Assembly: GCF_004010195.1 (NCBI RefSeq)
Contig: NW_025215297.1
Location: forward strand, 64,414 to 84,413
Source: Chiloscyllium plagiosum
Lineage: Eukaryota
DNA length: 20,000 bases
Reading direction: 5' to 3'
The position numbers and the translations under genes were made by a program. The notes below the pieces were generated by a model, which was not told where the DNA came from, searched no databases, and saw nothing but the letters and a program-made list of their open reading frames with translations. Shown here piece after piece: positions 1 to 10,039 of this stretch. Position 1 is the first letter of the stretch, and the number at the start of each line of letters is the position of its first letter.

Positions 1-114
1 CTGCTGGTTTGATGACAATGTTTTGAGAGCATGGATGGCGCTGCGTTGTAATCAGGTGATGCTTTCCTCCACCTTGTGGGTGTGGCTGATTAATCTGGCA
101 TTCACATATTTCTT

Positions 115-237
115 CGAGAGAAAGTGAGGGCTGCAGATGCTGGAGATCAGAGCTGAAAAATGTGTTGCTGGAAAAGCGCAGCAGGTCAGGCAGCATCCAA
201 GGAACAGGAGAATCGACGTTTCGGGCATTAGCCCTTC
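115..237 (-). mobile_element. Short Penelope terminal-repeat (pLTR) insertion with 14-bp TSD
   Basis: Flanked by the perfect direct repeat TTCACATATTTCTT (101-114 and 238-251). Homologous to both arms of the 794-973 inverted repeat. The host reading frame continues across the site once the insert and one TSD copy are removed. Confidence 0.9.
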
Positions 238-241
238 TTCA
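214..241 (-). ncRNA. Minimal hammerhead ribozyme core remnant (Penelope type)
   Basis: Minus strand reads (G)UGAAGA-A-GGGC-UAAU-GCCC-GAAAC-GUC|G, which fits the CUGANGA / stem II / GAAA / NUH layout. C3 is replaced by a G from the flank. Confidence 0.75.
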
Positions 242-795
242 CATATTTCTTGACAGTTTGAGCATACATGTCAAGCCCAGGACAGTGGCCTTCTGGTGGG
301 GTCCAAGTCGGCCCCTTCTGTGGTTGCTCTTCTGTGGATCCCTGTGATGATTGTTCTGGTTTATTGGTAGAGTCACTGGGATCACTGCTGGCACCTTGAC
401 AGAATTCCTGGAGTCTAATCTATCTGATTAGTTCCTCTGTGTCTGCTGCTCAGCTCATGGGGTCCATTTTAGTGTTGGGGCAGAAACTGAACCCCCTGCA
501 CAGATAGCCTCACAATGCTACACTTATCTAGTTTCCACCCGAAACATATTAAAACAGCCATCCCCTGCAGACAAGCCCTCCGCAAATACAGGATCTATTC
601 AGATGAGGAGGAATGTGCCGGGCATTTGAAAGTGCTCAAGGATGCCCTCATAAGAACAGGGTACTCATTGACGCCCAGTTCTGATGTGTCACAGTGAGAA
701 ATTGTAATGACCTCCTCAGGAGACAGACATAGGCTGAGTACCCTTCATTGTCCGGTACTTCTGAGAGTTGAATGACTAGGCCATATTCTTCGTAG

Positions 796-1004
796 TTTAG
801 ATCAGAGTGGTGCTGGAAAAGCACAGCAGGTCAGGCAGCATCGGAGGAGAAGGAAAATCGATGTTTTGGGCAAAAGCCCTTCATCAGAATCTTTTGCCCG
901 AAATGTTGATTTTCCTGCTCCTCGGATGCTGCCTGACCTGCTGTGCTTTTCCAGCACCACTCTGATCTAAACTCTGGTCTCCAGCATCCTCAGTCCTCAC
1001 TTTT
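796..1004. mobile_element. Penelope pLTR insertion with head-to-head inverted duplication and 16-bp TSD
   Basis: TSD GCCATATTCTTCGTAG (780-795) / GCCATGTTCTTCGTAG (1005-1020). Inverted arms about 794-876 and 891-973 with a 14-nt spacer. Confidence 0.9.
859..887 (-). ncRNA. Hammerhead ribozyme core remnant, CpG-decayed
   Basis: Minus strand reads CUGAUGA-A-GGGC-UUUU-GCCC-AAAAC-AUC|G. The two changes relative to GAAACGUC are both CpG transitions. Confidence 0.7.
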
Positions 1005-1425
1005 GCCATGTTCTTCGTAGCCTTCAACAAATTATCGATGAGGATGAGCACCTCACCAAGACCTTGCCCGCGCCTCCACTTCTTGCCTTTAAACGACCAC
1101 CAAACCTTAAACAGATCATGGTTCGTAGCAAACCACCCAGACTTCAGGACAACGACACTGTACAACCCTGCCACGGCAACCGCTGCAAGATGTATCAAAG
1201 TATCGACATGGATAACACCATTATACATGGGGACACCTTCCAGCAAGTACGCAGCAAGTACTCATGTGACTCAGCCAACATGCTCTATCTCATAGGCTGC
1301 AGGCAAGGCTGCCCACAGTCTGACATAGCATTGGGACACAGACAGACTTCACACCTGTTGTGTTCAAAAGCTGAGCTATCTTGAAAATGTAATTTAAAGG
1401 AAGTTCTGGGTTTACATTTCCATTT

Positions 1426-2035
1426 TCCTCATGATTTTATAAACCTCTATAAGGTCATCCCTCAGCCTCCAACAGTCCAGGGAAAAAGGCCTGTTTGGCC
1501 TCTCCCTGTAGCTCAAACCCACTAACTTTCAACTTTCACAACATTCCTCCAATAGGAGGGAAACCAGAATTGCACACACTATTCCAAAAGTGGTCTAACC
1601 AATGCCCTGAACAGCCGCAACATGACCTCCCAACTCCTATTCCAATAAAGGAAAGTATACCAAAAACCTTCTTCACTATCCTATCTACCTGCGACTGCAC
1701 TTTCAAGGAATTATGCATCTGCACTCCCAGGTCACTTTGTTCAGCAACAATCCCCAGGATCTCACCATTAATTGTATAAGTACTGCCCTGATTTGCCTTT
1801 CCAAAATGCAGCACCTCACATTTATCTAAACTAAACTCCATCTGCCACTCCTCGGCCCATTGGCCCATCTGATCCAGATCCCATTGTACCTTGAGGTAAC
1901 CTTCTTTGCTGTCCACGACATCTCCAATTCTGGTGTCATCTGCAAACTTGCTAACTGTACCTCCTAAGTCCACATCCAAATCATTTATATAAATGACAAA
2001 GGCACCGATCCTTGAGGCACACCACTGGTCACAGG
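1426..2035 (-). mobile_element. CR1 (HER1-like) LINE fragment, RT C-terminal part
   Basis: ORF 1536-1979: SKFADDTRIG..DLDQMGQWAEEWQMEFSLDKCEVLHFG. Frameshifted and internally deleted. Confidence 0.9.
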
Positions 2036-3092
2036 GCGACCAAAATTGAACGCAGTAACTGTCCGGTATAGATTAGATTAGATTCCCTACAGTATGGAAA
2101 CAGGCCCTTCGGCCCAACAAGTCCACACTGACCCTCCGAAGAGCAACCCACCCAAACATTTACCCCTTACCTAACACTACGGGCAATTTAGCATGGCCAA
2201 TTCACCTGACCTGCAGATCCTTGGACTGTGGGAGGAAACCGAAGCACCCGGAGGAAACCTACGTAGACACGGGGAGAACATGCAAACTCCACACAGTCAG
2301 TCGCCTGAGGCGGGATCTCGATGTACTCTGAGGTAACCTTCTTTGCTGTCCACTGCACTTCTAATTTTAGTGTCATCTGCAAACTCACTGATTATACCTC
2401 CGATGTTTGTGTCCAAATCATTTATATAACTGATGAAATGTAGTGGACCCAGCACCAATCTTTGTGGCACACCACTGGTCACAGCCCTCTAATCTGAAAA
2501 GTAACCCTCTACCACCACTGTCTGTCTTCTACCTTCAAACCAGTTCCGTATCCAAATGGCTAGATCTCTCTGTTTTCCATGTAATCTCACTTGCTAACCA
2601 GTCTACCTTGTCAAACATTTTTTGAAGTCCATATAGATCATGTCCACCACTCTGCCCTCATCAATCCTCTTTGCTACTTCTTCAAAATCTCAGTCAAGTT
2701 AGTGAGACATGGTTTCCCATGCACAAAGCCATGTTGATTACTCATTAATCAGTTCTTGCTTTTCCAAATACATGATAATCCTTTTTCTCAGGATTCCTTC
2801 CAAGGACTTGCCCATGACCTTTGTCAGGCTTATCAGTTTATAGTTCCCTGGCTTTTCCTTACCACCTTTCTTAAATACTGGCACCACGTCAACCAACCTC
2901 CAATTTTCCAGCACCTCACCTGTGACTATCCATTACACAAGCATCTCAGCAAGGGGCCCTGTAATCACTTCCTTAGCTTCCCACAGAATTCTAGGGTACA
3001 TCTGATTTATTCACTTTCACGCACTTGAAGACATCCAGCATGTCTTTCTCTGTAATATGAACATTTTTTAAGGTGTCGCCATTTATTTTCCA
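2034..3092 (-). mobile_element. CR1 LINE fragment (RT core), interrupted by a SINE
   Basis: TSGVPQRLVLGPLHFISYINDLD..SEFADDTKI (2314-2482), collinear with about 11095-11900. Segment 2034-2068 matches 12178-12212 at 30/35. Confidence 0.9.
2069..2317 (-). mobile_element. HE1-like tRNA-derived V-SINE, 5'-truncated within the B box
   Basis: Central TGTGTGGAGTTTGCATGTTCTCCCCGTG..GGGTGCTTCGGTTTCCTCCCACAGTCCAA domain, CR1-type 3' end GGGCCGAAGGGCCTGTTTCCATACTGTAGGG and (AATCT)n tail. Paralogous to 16261-16538. Confidence 0.9.
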
Positions 3093-3582
3093 GGTCAAAA
3101 TTCTACTGATAAAAAAAATTGAGTCAGAATATGTAATCTTTATGGCTTTGAACTGAACTTGATTAATGCATTAATATTCATCTTCGTCATTTCTCAAGTT
3201 ATCAGCAACATAAACAAAAGGGACTTTGAATGAAATAAATTTACAAAGGTTGCAATAGTAATAAAATAAATAATTACATGTTAAAATGGCAATGTCAGGC
3301 AGATTGCATATTTTCAGCCTCCTTTGTAACTTGTTGGCTCTGATAACAGTATTACGCACAGTTTACAGATTGCTTCAAAACTGCTGGAAAAGCCATTGCC
3401 AGGAACAATATCACACAGTTCCAAGATGGCATTGGACCCTCATTCAGATAGAATTTTAAAGCAAGCTCATTGGGCTTTAAAATCATAGGGCTGAAAGTTC
3501 AAGCCCCAGTCCATAGATATTAAACTAAAGCCCCATTAGCACTCTCAAGTGATTACAAGTAATCACATGGCTCTATTTGGAG

Positions 3583-3855
3583 GGGTGGTGATAGTGTAGT
3601 AGTATTGTTGCTGGGCCAGCATTCCAGAGCCCAAATAATTCACAGGATCCATGTTCTAATCCCAACACAGCAGATGATTGCATTTGCATTCAACTGAAAA
3701 AAGATAATCTGTAATTAAAATCAACGATGACCATGAAATCACTGTCAATTGTTGTAAAAGCCCAGCTGGATTACTAATGCCATTAAGGAAGGAAATCTGC
3801 TGTCCTTACCTGGTCTGGTCAACATACAACCCCAGATCCACAGCAAAGTGGCCGA
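3583..3855 (+). mobile_element. Old tRNA-headed SINE-like sequence
   Basis: A-box-like start and B-box-like GTTCTAATCC (3653-3662). The body (ATGACCATGAAA..ACTAATG..AGGAAGGAAATCTG..CCAGATCCACAGCAA) is shared with 13452-14270. Confidence 0.75.
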
Positions 3856-4543
3856 TCAAATTATTCAATAAGCCTGAAACTGGATAAACGAACTGGCGTT
3901 AAGTCAATGGAAGAAACAACAGCATACTCAGCTTTGACAACCAATCATACCAAAACCTAAGACACAACATTGAGAGCATCTGGGAACACACCACACATGT
4001 ATCATACCCTGAACTTCAATGGTGCACCCAAAATATGCCAATTATCAGAACATGCCAGAATTTTGTCAAGTCTTTTCCATTCGGTCCTGGACTGCTTCAT
4101 TATTTGAGGAGTTGCAAAAGGTACTACATGTTGTTGCAAGCATCAGTGAACATCGCCATGATGCAAGAAAGGTCATTGATGAAACAACTGTAGATGGTTG
4201 GGTCTGGGATAACCGTAAATCTCTTAAGGTCCCCAGCAGCACAGATGGCAGTCTTCAGCGAAGTTACTTTGCTCCACATACTATCAAGGAAGAGCTGGAG
4301 TACTATGAGCCCTCAGCAATAGCATTGAATACTTGCGCTCCAGAACTAGCTACACAGGTAGCCGAGCTGTTTCAGTACATCTACAATAGTTATCAATCTG
4401 GCAATAAGGAAAATTGCCCAGATATGACAGGCCCATGAGGCAAGGATAAATCAAACCCAGAATTCTGCTCCTCAAAAGGCAATGGAAGGGATCATCATCA
4501 GTGGTATCAGGTATCATTTGCAATGGAATGACCTGCTCAGACT
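3856..4543 (+). mobile_element. Highly decayed CR1/L2-group LINE (family B), pre-RT and early RT region
   Basis: IALNTCAPELATQVAELFQYIYN followed by degenerate KIAQ/DKSNP/MEGII motifs in shifted frames. Homologous to 18255-18480. Left boundary uncertain. Confidence 0.7.
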
Positions 4544-4721
4544 TCTTTTTAATTTCAAAAATATACTTTAATCATAAAATTATTTGTGTATCTATACAAT
4601 TGGTCATGCCATTCTTATGCACACATTACATTTCTTTACATACAATCATTCGTATATACAAGTCTGTACATTGACTATCCAGCTATTCTGGGTGGGCCCC
4701 CTGTTCTTAGGCACGTGGACG

Positions 4722-7700
4722 TTACACGGTGGTCTTTCCCCACCGTGCCTTGGCGGCAGCTGCCCCAAGCTTCAGCGTGTCCCTCAACACATAGTCCTGG
4801 ACCTTGGAATGTGCCAGTCTGCAACACTCAGTCGGGGTCAACTCCTTCAGCTGGAAGATCAACAGGTTTCGGACCACCCAGAGAGCGTCCTTCACCGAGT
4901 TGATGATCCTCCAGGCAGAGTTGATGTTCGTCTCAGTGTGCTTCCCGGGGAACAGACCGTAGAGCACGGAGTCCCGCGTCACAGCGCTGCTTGGGACAAA
5001 CCTCGACAAACACCACTGTATTCCTCTCCAGACTTCCTCTGCATAGGCACATTCCAGAAGGAGGTGTGTGACAGTCTCGTCCCCCCCGCAGCCGCTTCAA
5101 GGGCAGTGTGTGGTGCGGCAGAGAGTCCGGGAGTGCATAAAGGATCTCACAGGCAGAGCCCTTCTCACCACCAGCCAAGCCATGTCTTGGTGCTTGTTGG
5201 AAAGTTCTGGTGATGAGGCATTCTGCCAAATGATTTTGGCAGTCTGCTCAGGGAACCGCTCGATAGGATCCACCATCTCCTTTTCCCGAAGGGTCTCAAG
5301 GACACTGCGTGCTAACCACTTCCTGATGGACTTGTGGTCAAAGGTGTTTCTCCAAGAAGGGCAGGTGATAGGGAATGGTCCAACTACTTGGGGCGTTCCG
5401 CGGCAGCGAGGCCAGGCCCACCCTTCGCAACACCGGGACAGGTAGAACCTCAGTACGTAGTGACACTTGGTGTTTGCGTACCGGGGATCCAAGCATGGCT
5501 TGATGCAGCCACACACAAAGGTGGCCAAATGGGTGAGGGTGGCATTGGGCGTGTTTTTTCCTCCATTGCTCATGTCTTTATACATTGTGTCCCTTCGGAC
5601 CCTGGCCATCTTTGATCTCCACATGAAGTGGAAGATGGCCCCGGTGACTGCGGTGGCACAGGTTCTGGGGAAAGGTCAGACCTGTGCCACACATAACAAC
5701 ACTGACAGAACCTCACACCTGATGACCAGGTATTTACCCAAGATGGAGAGCGACCGTAGCTTCTATCTACCCAGTTTCTGCCTCACTTTCTTGATTCGTT
5801 CCTCCCAAGTCTTGGCACACGCCCCAGCCCCCCCGAACCAAATATCCAGCACCTTCAGGTGGTCGGTCCTGACGGTGAAGGGGATCGAGGATTGGTCGGC
5901 CCAGTTCCCGAAGAGCATGACCTTGCTCTTGCCTCGGTTTACCTTGGCCCCCGAGGCCCGTTCGAACTGGTCACAGATGCACAGCGGATCCGAGCAGAAA
6001 ACGGCGACCACATCCATGTACAGGGAGGCCTTAACCTGTAGGCCCCCACTGCCAGAAATAGTCACCCCTCTCAGGCTCGCATCCTTCCTGATGGACTTGG
6101 CAAATGGCTCTATGCAGCACACAAACAAGGCAGGAGAGAGAGGGCAGCCATGCCTGACTCCAGATCTGACTGGGAAGCTATCTGATTCCCACCCATGGAT
6201 TGGGACTGCATTGACAACGTTGGTGTAGAGCAGTCTGATCCTATTACAGATTCCCTCCCCGAAGCCCATTTTGGAGAGAACATCTCTCATATACTTATGA
6301 GATATCCTGTCAAAGGCTTTCTCCTGGTCCAGGCTGATGAGGCAGGTGTCCAACCCCCTGTCCTGCACGTAGGCGATCGTATCCCTGAGGAGTGCGAGAC
6401 TCTCAGTGATCTTCCTGCCCGGTACAGCACAGGTTTGGTTAGGGTGGATCACTGATCCCAGAGCAGACCTGACCCGGTTGGCGATGACCTCTGCCAAGAT
6501 TTTGTAATCTGCATTTAATAGTGAAATTCGTCTTCAATTTCTGATTTCCTACCTCTCCCTCTTCCGCTTGTAGACGAGGGTGATGATGTCTTTCCTCATG
6601 GATTCACTCATGGTATCGGCCAGAAGCATACTGACATACACCTCCAGCAGGTCCTGGCCCATCAAGTCCCACAGAGCGGAATAGAGCTCGACGAGTAAGC
6701 TGTCGCTTCCGGGAGTTTTATTCTTTTCGAAGGACTTGAGGGCCTTGGTCAGCTTGTCCAGAGATAGCGGCTGGTCCAGCCTCTCCCATGTTCTGTCGTC
6801 TAGGACCTCCGTGATAGAGGACAGGGATGACTGGGAGGCCGTGCTGTCGGTTGGCTTCGAGTCATACAGACTGGCATAGAAGGATTTGCTGATCCTCATG
6901 ATGTCAGCCTGAGATGACGTTGCCGAGCCATCTTCTTCCTTCAGGCTGCAGAGCACGGAGCTCTCTTTCTTTCCTGGAGCTGGGACAGTTTTCCCTGCCT
7001 CTCTCTCGCCTCCTAAAAACCTTTGAGGATGAAGAACCTCTTGATGTTCCCTTTTACTGTTTCCCACCAGTCCACTGGGGACTCAAACAGGGGCTTTACG
7101 GTTCTCCAACCTGCGTAGTCCCTCTTGAGCTCCTCAATGTTTCCCGGGGTCAACAGCTTGGTGTTCAGCTTCCACATTCCCTTACCAGCCCATTGCTCAT
7201 CCTGTAGGTGACAATCGGCCAGCAGGAGGCAGTGGTCGGAGAAGAACACCGGCTTGATGTTGGTGGATCTGACCGAGAGCGTTCGGGACACAAACAGGTA
7301 ATCTATCCTTGAGCGGATAGACCAGTCTGCCCGTGACTAGCTGTATCTACGCTGCGCTCTGTCTGCAGGGGTGCTGAAGACGTCGTGCAGCTTGGCATCT
7401 TTTACCGTGTCCATCAGGGCTCTGGATGTGGCGTCCAGTTTACTGTCCCCCCCGCCGGATCGTCCATCTGCATCGATGATACAGTTGAAGTCTCCGGCCA
7501 GAATGACCGGCCTGGACGTAGCCAGCAACAGTGGAAGCTGCTGCAGGACGGCCAACCGTACCCTCTTACCCACTGGGGCGTACACATTAATCAGTCTCAG
7601 GGGAGCATTCTTGTACATGATGTCGGTGATGAGGAGGCGCCCGCCCACCTCCTTAACCTCAGAGATGGTGAAGTTGCCTCCTCGCAACAGGATACCCAGA

Positions 7701-7913
7701 TCTGAGGCGTGGCTATCGTTGCCCCCCGACCAAACTGACGGCCCATGGGCCCACAAGCTCGACCATCTCCTGTAGCTGCTGAGGTGGGGTATCCCACACT
7801 CCTGCAGAAACAGGAACATCGGCTTTAACGTTGGCCAGGAAGGCCAGTGTAGAGACACATCGCGCAGCAGATTTAATGCTACGCACATTAATACTGGCAA
7901 TATTTTTCCCCAT
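4722..7913 (-). pseudogene. Tx1-type ORF2 (AP endonuclease, reverse transcriptase, C-terminal Zn finger), disrupted
   Basis: ASINVRSIK, LFLQEC, LINVYAP, ILAGDFNC, FSDHC, KTPGSDSL, ISLDQEKAFDRISH, GVRHGCPLSPALF and LYMDV (second catalytic Asp lost). Several frameshifts and stops, and an apparent internal deletion near 6970. Confidence 0.92.
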
Positions 7914-7914
7914 T

Positions 7915-8945
7915 TTAACAGTTTATGAGGTTACCAGTGTCCATTTGCTGTTGGTTCTGCCTCTCTGGGGTAGCTATCTGCATTCCTGTGATGAACACGA
8001 ACTGCTGGACCCTCGCAGGGCTGAGGTAGCTGTCTGGCTCCACTCTGCAGGCATTTCCCTCTGGTGTCTTCAGGTCGGGACCAGGGTTCGCACAGTCCCG
8101 TTCTCTGTCTGACAGCTGGGCTGTTAGAGGATCGCTGCTCCCAGTTACCTGGAGCTGTGGGGCAGTGGGCACCTCCTGGTTTTCACAGGGTGGGGGGTGG
8201 TCTTTACTAGCTCCCTCACAGGGTTCATCATTTCCTGTTTGGGGGGTGCTGCCCTCCTTTCTCCCCGTGGCGCTCTGACTCTCCCTCTGGTGATGACACT
8301 CCTTACGCCCAACCTCACCATCTGAAGAGCTGGCTGTATCCTCATCGTGTAGGTGTCGTTTCCCCCTTTGCTGGGTGGCTTTGGGGGGCTGGCAAGGTTT
8401 CCTTTTCCTGGTTTTTACAAGAATCCACTCCTCTGCCTCCTTGGTTTGCTCCTCCTCCATTTCCTCCGTCTGTCCTGTGGGAGCTTGGATTGGCTGCTAC
8501 ACTTCCCCGCTGGCTGCCGTCTGCTCCCCTCCATCCTTCTGGGTGCTCCCAGACACCATTCCCCTGCTGGTTTGTGGTACCTTGCCAGCCCTTTGCGATC
8601 CACGGCTCGCATTGCCACCTCCGGCCATCTGTGCATAGGTGGTGGCCCCTCGTCTTAGGCAGGCCTTGTACACGTGGCCTGCCTCTCCACACAGATTGCA
8701 GTTCTTGGCCTCTTTGCATTCTTTGGTCGGGTGACCCTCCTTCTTACAGTTCTGACAAATGGTGACCTTATAGTCCGCCGCCATGTGGCCTGACCTCCTG
8801 CAGGTTTGGCACACTTTCGGCTGCCCTGCGTACGTCAGGTACCCTCTGCTCTCTCCGATTGCAAAGCTGGAGGGTGGGTGGAGGATGTTCCCACTGGCGT
8901 CGACCCTCAGACTTATACTGACCTGCCACTTGCTAGTCCAGATCC
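7915..8945 (-). pseudogene. Tx1-type ORF1 C-terminal half (ZCCHC3-like triple zinc knuckle and low-complexity tail)
   Basis: YAGQPKVCQTCRRSGHMAADY / CQNCKKEGHPTKEC / CNLCGEAGHVYKAC. ORFs 8497-9345 and 7915-8460 share a frame and are separated by one premature TAG. Confidence 0.88.
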
Positions 8946-9828
8946 TGACCCACCCTTCCACTTCCTTATCTAAGTCATTTATAAAAATCACAAACAGCAG
9001 AGATCCCAGAACAGATCCCTGCAGAACACCATTGATCACCGAGCTCCAGGCTGAATACTTTTCATCTACTACCACCCTCTGTCTTCTATGGGCCAGCCAA
9101 TTCTGTATCCAGACAGCTAGATTTCCTTGTATCCCATGCCTCCTTACTTTCTGAATGAGCCTATCATGGGGAACCTTATCAACAGCCTTGCTAAAATCCA
9201 TGTACACCACATCCACTGTTCTATCTTCATCAATGCGTTTTGTCACATCCTCAAATAATTTAATAAGGTTTTTGAGGCATGCTCTGCCCCTAACAAAGCC
9301 ATGCTGACTATCTCTAATCAAACTATGGTTTTCCAAGTAAATCATATATCCTGTGTCTCAGATTCCTCTCCAATAATTTGCCCACTAAGACTGACTGGTC
9401 TGTAATGCCTAGGATTATCCCTACTCACTTTCTTGAACAAGGGAATTACATTGGCCACCCTCCATCATCTAGTACTTTTCTAGTGGACAGTGAAGTTGCA
9501 AAGACATCACCATGGGCGCAACAATCTCTTCCCTCACTTCCTGTAGGAACCTTGGATATATCCCAACTGGCCCAGGAGACTTATCTATCCTTATGTTTTT
9601 CAACATTTTCTGCACATCTTCCTTCTTAACATCAACCTGTTCAAACATACTGATCTGTTTCACACTGTCCTCACAAACGACAAGGTCCCTCTCAGTCACG
9701 AGTACTGAAGCAAAGAATTCATTAAGGACCTCCCCTACCTTCTCCAACTCCAGGCACAAGTTCCCTCCACTATGCCTGATTAGCCCCACCCTCACTCTGG
9801 CCATCCTCTTGTTCCTCACATAAGTGTA
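8946..9828 (-). mobile_element. CR1 LINE internal fragment (pre-RT through RT, ending just before FADD)
   Basis: LNEFFASV..DKSPGPVGIYPRFLQE; SQHGFVRGRACL..VYMDFSKAVDKVPH..GVLQGSVLG..FINDLD. Confidence 0.92.
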
Positions 9829-10039
9829 TAATGTGGCTCAGGGATGGAGAGGACTGACAGTTTAATGTTCCAGGGTATAGATGCTATAGGAATGATAGAA
9901 AGGAGAGTGGCATTTTTGAATTGGGATAACATTTTGCTATACTTCGGGAGAATATTCCTGGGAATACATCCAGGGACGTTATTTGGGTGGAACTGAGAAA
10001 TAAGAAAGGGATGATCACCTTATTGGGATTGTACTATTT

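Larger units (their letters stand above)
1..496 (-). mobile_element. Neptune-type Penelope-like element, N-terminal ORF region (decayed), inverted relative to 497-1420
   Basis: With the 115-237 insert removed, the minus strand translates to GFSFCPNTKMD...IRLQEF...WTPPEGHCPGLDMY...QRSAIHALK.../IVIKPA, running off the window edge just before the expected DKG motif. Contains stops and a frameshift. Confidence 0.85.
497..1420 (+). mobile_element. Neptune-type Penelope-like element: RT thumb, Cys linker, start of GIY-YIG endonuclease, probable 3' UTR remnant
   Basis: TDSLTMLHLSSFHPKHIKTAIP..QALR..RI.SDEE (515-697) and PPLLAFKRPPNLKQIMVRSK..QPCHGNRCK..YSCDSANMLYLIGCRQGCP (1064-1315). The YIG half is absent. 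Interrupted at 796-1004. Confidence 0.85.
4544..8945 (-). mobile_element. L1/Tx1-clade non-LTR retrotransposon, 5'-truncated
   Basis: ORF1 with three CCHC knuckles, ORF2 with APE-RT-zinc finger, short 3' UTR ending ATTAAAGTATATTTTTGAAATTAAAAAAG (about 4545-4573 on the minus strand). GC-rich relative to the flanks. Confidence 0.92.

Noticed and set aside
794..973. DNA-transposon MITE or pre-miRNA
   Set aside because: The 16-bp TSD, the asymmetric extension to 1004, the hammerhead motif and the single-arm copy at 115-237 all indicate a Penelope origin.
4019..4438. 139-aa ATG-started ORF as a host gene
   Set aside because: Contains the LINE motif TCAPELA..LFQY within decayed repeat; no splice or domain support.
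8497..8945. Host ZCCHC3-like gene
   Set aside because: It lies directly upstream of an EN-RT ORF2 with a 3' tail, is 5'-truncated and has a premature stop, so it is retrotransposon ORF1.
4584..9154. Long plus-strand ORFs (209, 253, 134, 123 aa and others)
   Set aside because: Antisense shadows of GC-rich retroelement coding sequence, with no recognisable domains.
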